From assembly GCA_043228905.1 (NCBI GenBank), contig JBHGNT010000002.1:14632001-14696000 (forward strand): a DNA stretch of 64,000 bases, read 5' to 3'. This stretch comes from Azolla caroliniana (lineage: Eukaryota > Plantae > Polypodiophyta). This document shows positions 1 through 12,359 of this stretch, piece by piece; position 1 is the first letter of the stretch; every line of letters starts with the position of its first letter. Made by a program: the position numbers and the translations under genes. The notes beneath the pieces were generated by a model. That model had not been told where the DNA came from and did not search any database. It was given only the letters and a program-made list of their open reading frames with translations.

Positions 1-872
1 AGTGAGTGAGTGTGTTTGTCTCTTCATTCTCATTCTCTCACTGTACTTTCTATTTTTCTCCTCTTTTTCATTCTAGCTTCTTCTTTCTCCTTCTGCAACC
101 GTAGCTTCTTCTTCTTCTTCTTCTTCTTCTTGTAGTAGAGGAGAAACCGTGCGGTGTGAGTGCAGTAGGCGGGCACCACCAGCAAAGCAAAACCTGAGTA
201 GACCCAAAGGAAAGGACAACATTGGCACTGGCGATCCTACTAGCGCTTTATCTCTGTCCAGATGAACTTCGCACAGTCCACCTTAGAGGATTGTGAGGAC
301 ACACACACACACACACACACACACCACAACTCCGCAGTGGTGTTGCGCCTGGCCGATAACCGCCGATATCCACTCCGCCTTAGCCAACCAACCGTGGCTT
401 CGCGCGACCCAGTCCAAGTAGGACTAGCAGAATGATCCGCTGCAATGGCCATAAGATCTGCATCGACACGACGGCGGCCCCTAGACCGTCGTAGGCAGTG
501 CAATCACTCCAGTGTGCGGTGAAACAATCAACATGCTTGACGGCATGATGGAAGAGGAAGTCGACATGTATCAAGAGGAAAATCTCGATTTTGTACCATT
601 GTTTGAGATAGACGTCTATGTCGATTGTTGCATCTGCCCTAGATGCCAAATCGTTACCCTTTCCTTCATCGGAAGCATTAGCCGAGCTCGACCAGGCCTC
701 CACAAACCTAACGTGACCTCACACTATCACAAAGGGTTCAAGCAACCGAGCTTGAGGAGCTGAACCTAGGAACACACGGCGCACCACAAGTAGTCCTAAT
801 AGCAAAGCATCTTCCCAATTCCTTTCGAACGCAACTGGAGTGCCTACTGCGGTCAAGGATGTTTTCGCAGGG

Positions 873-2602
873 TCACACATTGACATGCCAGGGCTCGACC
901 CGTAGTTTTATCACCACAAAATTACTTTGAAAGGCGATGCAAAGACTGTCTAACAACGCAGATATAGAATGAACCCTAATTACGCTGAAAAGGGCAAGGA
1001 AGAAATCAACAAACTTCTTGGCAGGGGGTTCATTCGGCCGGTTAAAACGGTCACTTGGCTCAGCCCAATCGTGGTTGTCCCAAAGAAGAACGGGAAAATC
1101 CGAGTCTGTGTCGATTATAGGACGATGAACACAAATACGGTCATTGATGCTTTCTCGCTCCCCTTCACGGACCCTATTCTCAACACAGTTGAGGGCCATG
1201 AACTCTACAGTTTCGTGGACGGAATCAATGGCTATAACCAAGTTCGCATGGCCCTAGAGGACGAAGAAAAATCAGCCTTTGTCACAGATTGGGAAGTGTA
1301 TGTCGCAGTGGTCATGATGTTTGGGCTCAAGATTGCTCTCGCAATGTTTCAACGTATTATAATGGAGATCTTCGAGGAATACATATCCAAGTTTATGCAG
1401 GTATTCCTAGATGACTTCATGGTCTTCGGTTCCCAAGCACAACAGTCGGCTCCGCGTAATCCCTTGAAGTTTGTGTTTGCGGTATTCAACAGCATGTTGG
1501 TTGGGCAAATCATTAACCAGCAGGGCATCGCAATTGACCCAAGTCCAGTCCAGGCAATCCTTGCAGCCCACCTCTGACCAACTCCAACGGCCTCATGCGG
1601 TTCCTTGGATAGGTGCATTGGCACAGTAGGGTCTTGTGCTACCTTGCCAATTTTGTGAGCCCTCTCCATGCAACCGTCCATTGTACGTCGTTTCGTTGGA
1701 GTCCAACCGAACAAGAGGTGTTTAACGCCCTCAAAATACTCCTTTCCCATGCCCCTATACTACAACCACCATGTTGGGATGAGTCGTTCCATGTATTTGT
1801 GGACACCTCGGATATTGCGATCGGCAGCATGTTGATGCATCTGTTTGAACGTGGTTGATTTTTACCAATATTCTATGCAAGCCGATGTCTTTCCTCGGCC
1901 GAACGCAACTACTCAACAACAGAACATGAAGCCGTAGGTCTTATTTTTAGTGTAACCAAGTTTCGACACTACTTGCTCGAGCGAAGATTCACGTTTCATG
2001 TGGACCACGCCATGTTGTTCTACATCCCGGCTAAGAGCTCATTGGCCAATAAAATGACTCGATGGGCGCTACTACTTCAGGCATTCGAGTCCTAGATGAC
2101 CTTCCTGACTCCTCTATCCTCCATGTCACCACCACCCCTATTGTACTCGACGATCCCAATTATTGGTTGGACAACATGGACTTCTACTTGGCTAACGGGG
2201 TGTCATCGCCACACCTCTCCAGTGATGAGCGGAAATGGTTGGCAGCACGTAGCCTTAATTCTCGGTTGCTAGATGACATCCTCTACTTTCTCTCGGCAGT
2301 CGGGAACACCTGCCCTTGCTTTCGCCACACGCTCCGGGCTTATGCCAAGGAAACTGAAATTGCGGTGGTCGGGGCCATTTTGGATCACCAATATGCGTGC
2401 AAGCGCATTTCAGCTCGGCACCTTGGATGACCAAGTCCTACCAGCGTGGGTGAATGGTTTTTGGCGCAAGCTGTACAATGGCGCGGTGCCACCCAACCCC
2501 TTTATATGCAACCATCCTGCCGAGGCTAACCCCACAACTAGCCCTTCGTCTTTTGGCCCCCCAACCATAGTTATCGTCAGAACTTCGGACACTGTCGGAT
2601 AA
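873..2602 (+). pseudogene. Gypsy pol remnant: RT, RNase H and integrase C-terminus; gag, protease and most of the IN core are missing
   Basis: WLSPIVVVPKKNGKIRVCVDYR, GYNQV, VFLDDF (RT); FHVFVDTSDIAIG (RNaseH); KLKLRWSGPFWIT (GPY/F motif). Multiple frameshifts and stops. Confidence 0.9.
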
Positions 2603-3321
2603 GTTGTCCACGATGTCTGCTGCAATCTTTGTAAAGTTCTTTCTTTCACGAATTGTTTTGTGTTTTGCTATTTACCGCATATCAAGGGTTTGTATGTTAG
2701 CCATGCATTTTTGCACTATCCCATAGGCATGCCTGTGTTATTGGCCGGCCTAGTGTGAAATGGGACGGGCCAACCAAACCCTAGCCTCAGATGTATATAT
2801 ATGCCCCTTTTTTGGGATGTAAGGGTGTGGCGGTGTTTTATTGAGAATAGGGACTGTGTTTGCGTTTGTCTCTTCATTTTCAATGTACTTGGTATTTTAC
2901 TCTTTTTATTCTATCTTCTTCTACAACCACAACTTGTTCTTGTAGAGGAGAAACCGTGTGGTGCGAGCCACCCCTTAGGGCTGGGAGTGCGATAGGTGGG
3001 CACCACCACTTTCTATTTTTCTCCTTTTATTCTATCTTCTTCTTTCTGTTGAGATATCGGTCCCTCCGGATGGGGATCGGAGAAGCCAGAGAAGAAGGTG
3101 AACCGGGGTCTGAGTCGGAGTGACCGGAAGGACATCTGGAAAGCGGTTCGAATGGACCCGGAAGGGGTCCGGTTGGATTCGGTATGAATCGTGAAGAGAC
3201 ACAAATATGTAAATATGTTTCTTAGGGGTTGTTGAGGGCACAATTGTAAATAGCCCGTAAGTTATATAGGTATAAATATAACTTACGACAAATATAATAA
3301 TGAAGTAGTTGTCATTATTGT

Positions 3322-3371
<50 letters not shown>

Positions 3372-4265
3372 TACAAAAAGCTTTTCTGTTGTAACCACCG
3401 GCTGACGAAGACAGAGCTCAAGGTCGTTGCCTCTGGGTCTCACATTGTAGTACCTCTGCCCTATAGTCATCCTGTTCAGAGTCTGTGAACTCTCATGGTT
3501 TTGCCTCTTCAGGTTTTCCACATAAACATATTGGGTCGTCTCATTCTATGTAAGTGCATTAATATTTTTTGTTGTTCTGTTTCTTTCATTGAGCGATTGA
3601 GACTTGGTTGAGGCCAAGCACTATTCCGTGCAAATTGGTATCACAACAAACAACAAAGGAAAGAAAAAAATGAAAGAGTCATTCGGTAGCATGTTCAAGC
3701 TCACCGACTCCAGCTACCCAGTGTGGAAATCGAAGATGAGGGACATATTAGTGGTAAAAGATCTTTGGATGCCGGTATAGTTTGGGGACAAAAGACCAGA
3801 CAAGATTGATGTCGTGACTTGGGAGGTAATGCACATGAAAACGACGGCATACATTCGATGCTTCATCGACATGAGCCTATACAATAACTTTAATGAAGAG
3901 AACAAGGCCAATGAGCTCTGGGAGAAGATTGACACAATGTTGGAGAACAAGAATGTTGTAAATCAGGTCTCGGTATTCTGGAAGATAGTGAGGCTCTAGT
4001 ATCAAGACGGCCAACATGGAAAAGCATATGAACGCCTTCCAAGGGTTGATAAACCAGACTACCTTGCTCGAAGTACCATTAGCCGATGAGGTATCGGCAT
4101 TGTTATTGTTCCGATTAATTGTGCATATGCAAATTAAAAGGGAAAAGAAAGGGTGGAAAGGATGTATAGAAGCTTGTGTAAAAAAGTAAGAGAGAGGAGA
4201 GATAAAAGGTAGAGGGGAGACAGGCTATGAATTTATAGAGATAGAATTATATATTATATAAAATA

Positions 4266-4338
4266 GAGTTAATGGGCTAGTGGATAGTCACATTGACTTC
4301 TAGCTAAAGGTGCACAGTTCAAAGTCTTACCATGCAAC
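4266..4338 (+). pseudogene. tRNA-like relic (Arg-TCT-like) inside an LTR
   Basis: A-box-like tgggctagtgg, D-stem ggct/agtc, loop cttctag with TCT at 4299-4301, B-box-like gttcaaagtc. Acceptor and anticodon stems are decayed. Confidence 0.45.
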
Positions 4339-5059
4339 GTGATTTAAGGAATTTTATTCATTTTTGCATTGAAGACGAAATTGGCAACCCCCTTCCTTTT
4401 TTCCTATAAAAGGAGGTTGAGGGGGGCTCATTGGGGAGGACATTTTGGGAGGAGGAGACTATCGTCATTTTTCCTTCGGAGCTCTTCATCTTCTTCTTCA
4501 CCACTTCTCTTCATCTCTTCATACCCTACCCCTTCATCCCCTCATCGCCACGTGCTCGTCTTCTTCGCGTTGGCACTCGAAGTGCTTGTGAGCCCAAGCT
4601 TCGTTAGTTCGACGTTGCTTTGCCCCATTCGTCGTTGCTAGCCTGTGTGCCCGCTGTTCGGGTGGTCGTGGTTCGTTAGGGTTGGCATTTTGGTGGTGCT
4701 TGTGTGTTCATCTTCGCCGTGTTCGGTTTTTCTCGTCTCTAAGGGCATTTAGTATTTATGTTTTGATTGAGCTTGTGGTTGACTAGAAGTTGCCATTGTA
4801 ATCAAACCCTATTTTATAAAGGGTCTTCTAGCGTTGGAATCAAACACGTATTTATTTCTTTGGCTGAAATCATTCGTGTTTCCTTCTTCTTTCTTTCTTT
4901 CTTTCTTTGTCCGTGTCTTCCTTGTACGTTCGGTCGTCTTGTGACGAAGGAGCATTTCGGGCGTGCCCATGCACCTCTCCTCCTCATAAAGACGTTGACG
5001 AGTTGTTATCAACGAAAGCCACCGACCTCACAAAACAAAGGGCAACGAGCCCTTGCTCA

Positions 5060-5295
5060 GAGAGGATTCGTAGAGAGGGTTCGTAGAGTGGGTTCGCAGA
5101 GAGGATTCATAGACAGAGTTCGTAGAGAGGATTCGTAGATTGAGGATTCATAGAGAGGATTCATAGAGTGAGGATTTGAAGAGAGAGTTCGTAGAGTGGG
5201 TTTGTAGAATGAGGATTCGTAGCGTGAGGATTCATAGAGAGAGTTCGTAGAGTGGGTTTGTAGAGTGAGGATTCGTAGAGTGGGTTCGAAGAGTG
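5060..5295. repeat. Minisatellite of alternating ~13-15 bp units (gaggattcgtagag / gggttcgtagagt)
   Basis: Directly visible degenerate tandem array. Confidence 0.9.
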
Positions 5296-8200
5296 CTTTA
5301 TAAGATTTAAAATAAATAAATATTTATCCCTTGAGTACTCCCTAGTCCAAGACCCCCGTGGTCCCGCCCAAGTAACACACGCGCTCGAAACTTCACGACA
5401 ACGGTTGTGTCCCGATGCGGAATGAAGGTGCATGTTGAATTGTTGGCATAAGAGACGTGTGGCTGACAATGCCAACCGGGTGCTAGTTGTTGCTGAAATA
5501 TGTCCGACACGTTCCGGAGGTTTGGTTGAATCTGAAATCAACCAATCGGCTGGATGATGAAAGCTACACGGGTAGCATCCGAAATGGAGTCATGAAGTTT
5601 AGCAAAGGAATCTTGATCGTGGCCCAAGCCCAAAATATCAACACCTTGTACCTGATGCATGCCCGAATTTGCCGGGAAGAAGTGAACATGGTGTCCGACA
5701 TTGCTGGTGAGTTGTGGCACAAGAGGTTGTGGCACATGAGCCAGGAGAGAATGCGGAAACTTCCCGAAGACAACCTCATTCCGGAGGTGAAAGACATGCA
5801 CCGACTGTTTGGCAGGCAAGCAGAACCGAACCTATTTCCGGTCGAGACCACTGACAAGACAGAAAGAACCACTAGAGCTTGTGCATACCGATGTATGCCA
5901 GGTGGACACAAAGTCACATGATGGGTCGCAATACTTCATGACGTTCATAGATTACCACATCCGGAAGTTGTGGGTCTCACCACTGAAGACAAAGGACCAG
6001 GTATTATCTGTCTTCAAGGAATTCCACGCGAGAGGGGAAAGGGAAACCGGCCCGAAGCTGAAGGCAGTTTGGGTGGACAACGGAGGCAAATACCAGGGGC
6101 AATTTGAGGAGTATTGTCGGTCGAAGGGAATCCGGCTCAAATTTACCGTGTCGAAGACACCAGAGCTGAATGGATTGGCCGAAAGGATGAACTGGACTAT
6201 GATGGAGAGAGCTTGGAGTATGTTGGTACATGCTAAGTTGTCCAAGACATTTTGGGCTAGGTTGTTGATGAAGGCGACCTATGTGATAAACATATCACTC
6301 CCATCACCCTTGGACCGAGACACACCGTAGAGAGTATGGACCCGTAAAGACGTGTCTTACCGACACTTGAAGGTGTTTGGCTGTCTCGCCTACGTACATG
6401 TAGCAAAGGACAAGAGATCATAATTGGATTTGAAGTCCCAGCCATGCATATTCCTGGGGTACGACGATGATGAGTTCGGTTACCGAGTGTGGGACTTGGT
6501 CGACAAGAAGGTCTTCTGAAGTCGAGACATAGTCTTCATGGAAGACAAGATCATTGCCGACTAGGAGTTGGAGAAGAAGACAATGGACTTTGGGTCAACC
6601 GACAGAGATCAGTTGAAGGATATAAGGACCCATATGGCCGGAAGGCGGATGACTCGATGAACCGGACGGTTCCGGACAAGAAACCGAATCGATCGAAGAA
6701 GATCTGGATACCGAAACCGGACAAGAGCCTCAACCAAATTTGGATGAAGAACCGGTATCAGAGAACCAAGGTAGATGATATCCTCTCATGGAGAGAAGGG
6801 CCCCCCGGAGATTTCCAAAAGAAGAGCGTATATTGTTGATTGGCGAGGAGGATCCAGAAACCCTTGAAGAAGCAATGAGGGACACCCACAGCCATAGGTG
6901 GTTGAGTGCCATGTAGGATGAAATGGATTCCTTGCATGAGAACCATACATATGAATTGACAGAGCTACCGAAAGAAAAGAAGTGCTACGGAACAAGTGGG
7001 TGTAAAGTTAAAACCGGGAGATGCCGGAAATCCACCAAGATACAAAGCCCGGATCGTGGTGAAGGGATTCCAACAGAAAAAAGGAGTGGATTTCGACGAG
7101 ATCTTTGCCCCGGTAGTCAAGATGACGTCCATCCAGACGGTGTTGAGCATAACGGCAAGGATGGACCTCAAGGTAGAGCAACTAGACGTCAAGACGACAT
7201 TCCTACATGGTGACCTCGAAGAAAAGATCTACATGCAACAACCGAAAGGATTTGTCAAGAAAGGGAAGGAGAACCTCGTGTGCCGATTGAAGAAGAGCTT
7301 ATAGGGACTGAAGCAAGCTCCTCGGCAATGGTACTGGAAGTTCAACTTCTTCATGACGGACCAAGGATACCACAAGACGCAAGCCGACCACTACATATTT
7401 GTAAAGAAATTTGACGAAGGCGACTTCCTGATACTTTTGCTATATGTGGACGACATGTTGATCGTCGGACCAGACCGAATCAAAATCAGGATGCTGAAGA
7501 AGGCCTTGAACCAGACCTTCTCAATGAAAGATCTTGGTCCAACATGACAGATCTTGGGAATGCACATTGTCCGAGATCAGACGAAAAAGCTATTGTGGTT
7601 GTCACAAGAGAAGTATGTGACAAAGGTGCTTCAAAGATTCAGCATGTCGGATGCTAAGCTAGTCGGATCGACACTCCCGACAAACTGCAAGCTGTCTGGA
7701 AAACAGAGCCCGAAGACAAAAACAGAGAAGTCGGAGATGATGAAAATACCATATGCCTCTACCATCTGAAGTTTGATGTACGCAATGGTGTGTACCCGGC
7801 CGGATATAGGATATGCAGTCGGAGTGGTCAGCTGGTTCATGAGCAATCCGAGAAGAGAACATTGGGTCGTTGTCAAGTGGATACTCTAATACCTGAAAGG
7901 CAACTCGAGCATGTGCCTTTGATTCAGCTCCGGTAAACCCCTATTGGAAGGCTTCACCGATGTGGACATGTCGGTTGATATAGATACCAACCGGTCTACA
8001 TCCAGATATGTCATGCCATATGTAGGGGGAGTTGTATCGTGGTAATCGAGGCTGCAAAAATCCGTAGCACTGTCAACAACGGAAGCGGCGTACATGACAA
8101 CCGTAGAAGTCGGCAAGGAAGTAATTTGGATGAAGTACTTCATTGGAGAGCTGGGAATCTGACAAGAGGAATACCGGCTCTACTATGATAGTCAAAGCGT

Positions 8201-8308
8201 CATCCACCTTGCCAAGAACGCGGCCTACCACTCCCAGATTAAGCACATCCAGAGGAGATATCACTGGCTCCGGAAGAAGGTAGAAGATAAAGAATTTTCA
8301 CTGATGAA

Positions 8309-8642
8309 GATCCATACGGAGGAGAATGGGTCGGATATGCTAACCAAGGTATTGTTAGCCGACAAGCTGGATGCGTGCTGGAGATAGATCGGACTGACAA
8401 AGATCCAATACCCAAGTGAAGGGGGAGATTGTGGAGATATTGGTCCCTCCGAATGGGGATTGGAGAAGCCGGAGAGATCCATATGAAGGAGAACGGGTCG
8501 GATATGCTGACCAAGGTGATGTTAGCCGACAAGTTGGATGCGTGCTGGAGACGGATTGGACTGACGAAGACCCCATACCCGAGTGAAGGGGGAGATTGTT
8601 GAGATATCGGTCCCTCAGGATGGGGATTGGAGAAGCCTGAGA
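8309..8642 (+). repeat. 167-bp tandem duplication covering the RNaseH end, PPT and LTR start
   Basis: Unit gatccata...gaagggggagattgt.gagatat.ggtccct...ggagaagcc starts at 8309 and again at 8476. Confidence 0.9.
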
Positions 8643-9588
8643 CAAAGGTGAACCGGGTCGAAACGACCGGAAGGATATATTTGGAAACCAAATCGGATGG
8701 ACCCAAAAGGGGTCCGACCGGATCCAGTATGAACTGTGAAGAGAGACAAATTTGTAAATATATTTCTCAAGGGTCGTTGAGGCCACAATTGTAAATATCC
8801 CGTAAGTTATATAAGTATACATATAACTTAGGGCAAATATGATAATGAAGTAGTTGTCATTATTGTAGTATAGAGAAAGAGGGGGAGAGAGAGCTTTTCT
8901 GTTGTAACTTGTAACCATCAACTGGCGAAAACAAAACTCGAGGTCGTTGCCACTAAGTCTCACATTGTAGTACCTCTATCCTATAGTCATCCTGTTCAAA
9001 GTCTGCAAACTCCCGTGGTTTTGCCTCTTGAGGTTTTCCACGTAAACATATTACAATGTCATCTCATTCTGTGTAAGTACATTAAATCTTTATTTCTGTT
9101 CTGTTTCTTCCATTGAGCGATTGAGACTCGGTTGAGGCTGAGCACTATTTCGTGCACTTTCTTCTTTTTATTCTATCTTCTTCTACAACCACAACTTCTT
9201 CTTCTACTTCTTGTAAAGGAGAAACCATGTGGTGTGAGCCACCCCTTAGGGTTGGGAGTGCGATAAACCACCAACAGAACCTGAGCAACGCATCCTTCTA
9301 AACAATATCCTATATTTTAACATACTCAAAAGTGTTTAGAGAAACATTAAATCCTGAAGATGTAAAATATTTTTTGAAAGTACAATTATTTATTTATTTT
9401 TATTTTTTTATGCTTCCAATCAACATGAAGCTTCGATGTGAATAGGTTCAATGATTGATTGGATGCCACCTTCTATAATTATTCTACAACAATTTCAATA
9501 CCGATATACTAGAATCACAAAGAACTCAACAAAGTTTGAACTTGATGACTAAGTTATCGTAATGCAAAATAAGTTAATAATATTGTCA

Positions 9589-9735
9589 TGTGCATGTGTT
9601 CCTTTATGCCACCCTTTTAGCACACCCTTTTTAGCTAAGCCAACCCAAATGGGTACCTTTGTATAAACTATAAATTGAGTAAGAAGTAAGAAGCTAACTA
9701 GGCTGGTTTTGATCTCATATGTGCATATCACAATA
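9589..9735 (+). repeat. Left arm of a 147-bp inverted repeat pair (partner 23265-23411)
   Basis: Reverse complement of 23265-23411 with about 5 mismatches by eye. Confidence 0.92.
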
Positions 9736-10148
9736 CAATTCAATCAAAACTCTTCACTCCATTACTAACTATACTTCTTCATCAAAAGCAGTTCATACAC
9801 ATTTTTTTGTTGCATGTTTACTACCTCAGTTGGTAAAAAACCATTCTCCACCATAATGTCTCAATCAGAGACCCAGGTCATAGATTCAATTCTTTGACAT
9901 GTAAATAAATTCTTAAATGAACAATAAAACAAACCTGATATATTTGTTCACAAACATCAATGTAATGTCTGTTTATATTAGAACAAGTGACCACAAGTAA
10001 ATGTTACTTATTTCCTAGCTAACAATTGCAGTTTCATAGTCAATTACAGTCCATTATTTGTATGCCGAGAATTCGGTTCACCAATACCGTGATCCAGCTT
10101 TTAAATCCAAATTTGAAAGCATGTTTTAAGTCAATGTGTGTGTCGACC

Positions 10149-12175
10149 TCAGAAGCCCACTGCAAATACAAAAGAAGACAGTCAGACTCTAAACATACAT
10201 AACAATATATGTATAAAAAACTTCAAGTTAAAATAAAGTTGGAACTTATGTCATACCAGTTGGACCTTTCTTGCACTCATTAAGCATATCACGGTAGAAT
10301 TGACATTTGCTAATGTCACTTCCATTCGAAGTAATACACTAAGAGCAAGCACCAATAAATTTGAACATTAATATAGCAAAAACCCATCAAGTCCATAACA
10401 CATATCAAAACATATACAAAAGGCAATATATAAAGGTTTTGCATATTTTACATCTTGAAAAGCTTTAGCTTGAGATGTGCACGAATCGGGAATAGAATTC
10501 GGCACCGAATTTGCAGTGGACACAACAGCTGATCCAGCATTATTTACAGCAGTATGTTCATGCTGAACAACACGAGGTCCCATTACAGAATCCACCACTC
10601 TGTGTGCAATTGCACTTCCCGTCCCAAAAGCCATTCCTAATATAATTGCACATTCCAGATATCTTCTTTTAGTTCATTAAACGATGCAATCCAGTTATGA
10701 ACTTTTCACTCACGAGGCAATAACCCCATAAAATTGAGCACGACAGTAAAAGAATGTCCCTTTCTGCTTTTGCAACCTAAGTTCCAAAAAACCACTTTAA
10801 AAAGCTAACATTCCAGTAATCAACTTTTCATCTGGATTCCCACCATTTACTCAGCTTTGCACCACAATAACAAACAATGTCCGAGAAAGCTTTGCACATA
10901 CTATCATTAGCAATAGATTCAATATTAAACAATGTGGCCTAGAATGAGGGAAACAATTTCTTTCCCAGTGAGATGATGTAACAAATCCAAAGAAACATAG
11001 TTCTGCGATGATTCAGATTACAACACAACCCTACAACTGTTAAATAGCTTAATGTGCAATCATTCAAACATTTATAGACCTAATTTAAAATCCGGTTAAA
11101 TAATTAGAAAGTATCACATCACACATAATTTCCAAAACTTTGATTAATAGGTGCTAAACCTAGCCACAGAAACTAGTTTCACGACAACATCAATATGATT
11201 CCTATAGTCGAGCAATTTTTCTACATGATCTAAAAGCCTGTGCAACCATAGTTGGCTAATGCACAAGCAGGATTACTTAATCCAATGCCATTGTCAAACA
11301 ATTTCAAGCCTATCCCAAAGCATCAAGGCATTGTCCAACGAACTTACCATCGGCAATGGCTCCACCAATGTTTCCAAGCATAGATCCACCAGCAGATTGT
11401 TGAAGTGGAGCAGGCGGAGAAGCAGGATTTGTGCGTACTGCATCACCACAAAAAAGGATAAATAGAAAAACCAGTATAAGAAACTTGCAAAAGAATAGTA
11501 AGATGCAGTAGAAGTCATTCTACGATTGAGTAGAAGATACAAGAGTTCGTACATAGATAAATCCGAGATGCAAAGGGATAGAACCACATGATGCATGTTT
11601 GAGTGTAGAGACAAGTTCCATTTGACGTATAATTCATGAAAACACGAATCTGTCTACCAGGTATAGTTCAGGCATAGCATGGTCTAGTATAAATCATCTA
11701 CTACAAGAAAGCAAAGATAATGAGCAAAAAAGAAAACAGAGTGAGCATATTCTAATACAAGAAACATGTACGATGCATAAAATGGAACAGAAATTATACA
11801 TGGGATACGTATTACGAAACTATTAACATTTGAAATTGTGGAATTTTCGGCCATGATATGAAGGCATCCATCGCAATGGATAGATGGATAGACGTATAAA
11901 ACACAAAACAAAGGAGAGAGTGGAACTAACCAGGTGCTGGTGAACTGTGGCTCACAGAAGGCGTTGGACGGGAAGCCACAACGGGGCGAGGGGAAGGCCT
12001 ACCTGTTATTGTGCAAGCATAGAACGCAACGAAGATCAGATGGAAACGCCAACAACAGATGAGAAAGGTTGCTCCTCCTTTACCGCAAGGAATCAGAAAG
12101 TTGCGAGAGGATGACTGAGACGACAAAGAGGAAAAGAAAGAGGAACAAACCTGCAGAAGAGCTCTTACGAGGCAT
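10149..12175 (-). CDS. CHCHD2: CHCHD2/CHCHD10/Mix17-family mitochondrial twin-CX9C protein, 154 aa; exons 12175-12151, 12002-11931, 11437-11348, 10636-10452, 10338-10257, 10159-10149 (or exon 5 read through to a stop at 10246)
   Basis: All introns are GT-AG with consistent phases. Spliced protein: MPRKSSSAGRPSPRPVVASRPTPSVSHSSPAPVRTNPASPPAPLQQSAGGSMLGNIGGAIADGMAFGTGSAIAHRVVDSVMGPR...C-x9-C-ITSNGSDISK-C-x9-C-KKGPT. The GMAFGTGSAIAH helix and twin CX9C are family hallmarks. The symbol denotes the family, not proven orthology. Confidence 0.93.
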
Positions 12176-12207
12176 GGCTCGAATCTACGATGGCGGTTGA
12201 TACGTGA

Positions 12208-12234
12208 TTTTTAGGGTTAGGGTTAGGGTTAGGG
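12208..12234 (-). promoter_or_regulatory. Telo-box / (TTAGGG)4 array just upstream of the CHCH gene start codon
   Basis: ttt followed by ttaggg x4 at 12211-12234, which includes AAACCCTA on the gene strand. A site-II-like TGGGCC lies at 12346-12351. Confidence 0.6.
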
Positions 12235-12259
12235 AGGAGATTAGCGCTTCAATTCTAAT

Positions 12260-12290
<31 letters not shown>

Positions 12291-12359
12291 TTGATGAGGA
12301 TGGAAAGTTCTAGAAATGAATTTGTGGTGTGGGGAAGGGGAAGTTTGGGCCGGCGGGTG

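Larger units (their letters stand above)
4111..5400 (+). mobile_element. 5'-truncated LTR of an unrelated family, replacing the gag C-terminus/protease region of Copia B
   Basis: Non-coding. TATA-like cctataaaagg at ~4403 followed by a CT-rich leader. Ends cttcacgaca, the same terminal decamer as the Gypsy G LTRs. Copia coding sequence resumes at 5401. No TSD is visible, consistent with an adjacent deletion. Confidence 0.6.
3670..8420 (+). pseudogene. Copia B gag-pol pseudogene (gag, GAG-pre-integrase, IN, RT, RNaseH), interrupted at ~4111-5400
   Basis: LWHKRLWHMS, LELVHTDVC, DNGGKY, NGLAERMN (IN); YKARIVVKGFQQKKGVDFDEIFAPV, QLDVKTTFLHGDL, LLYVDDML (RT). Many stops and frameshifts. Confidence 0.92.
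3047..9156 (+). mobile_element. Ty1/Copia LTR retrotransposon B, degenerate, inserted in the 3' LTR of Gypsy A
   Basis: LTRs 3047-3632 and 8597-9156 (TG...CA). Perfect TSD ctttc at 3042-3046 and 9157-9161. Degenerate Met-type PBS tggtatcacaac at 3636. PPT gaagggggag before the 3' LTR. Confidence 0.95.
1..9290 (+). mobile_element. Degenerate Ty3/Gypsy LTR retrotransposon A (5' LTR runs off the window start; 3' LTR interrupted by Copia B; right end approximate)
   Basis: 1-221 resembles 2850-3010 and 9157-9290 (shared gagaaacc(g/a)tg..gtg.gag and aacctgag blocks). The 5' LTR ends ...ggacaaca at 221, followed by a TGG-starting PBS-like sequence (tggcactggcg, 223-233). Internal domain order is RT, RNaseH, IN C-terminus. 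Confidence 0.8.

Noticed and set aside
4266-4338. Functional tRNA gene (also 40362-40433)
   Set aside because: Acceptor, anticodon and T stems do not pair well; reported only as relics.
5060-5295. CRISPR-like array (also 43778-43980)
   Set aside because: Units are contiguous or separated by repeated, not unique, spacers; the context is a eukaryotic LTR with no cas genes.
10368-10451. C-terminus VKYAKPLYIAF... of the listed 88-aa ORF
   Set aside because: Intron read-through; splicing at 10451 to 10339 restores the twin CX9C motif.
12211-12234. Interstitial telomere or chromosome fusion scar
   Set aside because: Only four units, in a promoter/5' UTR position typical of telo-boxes.
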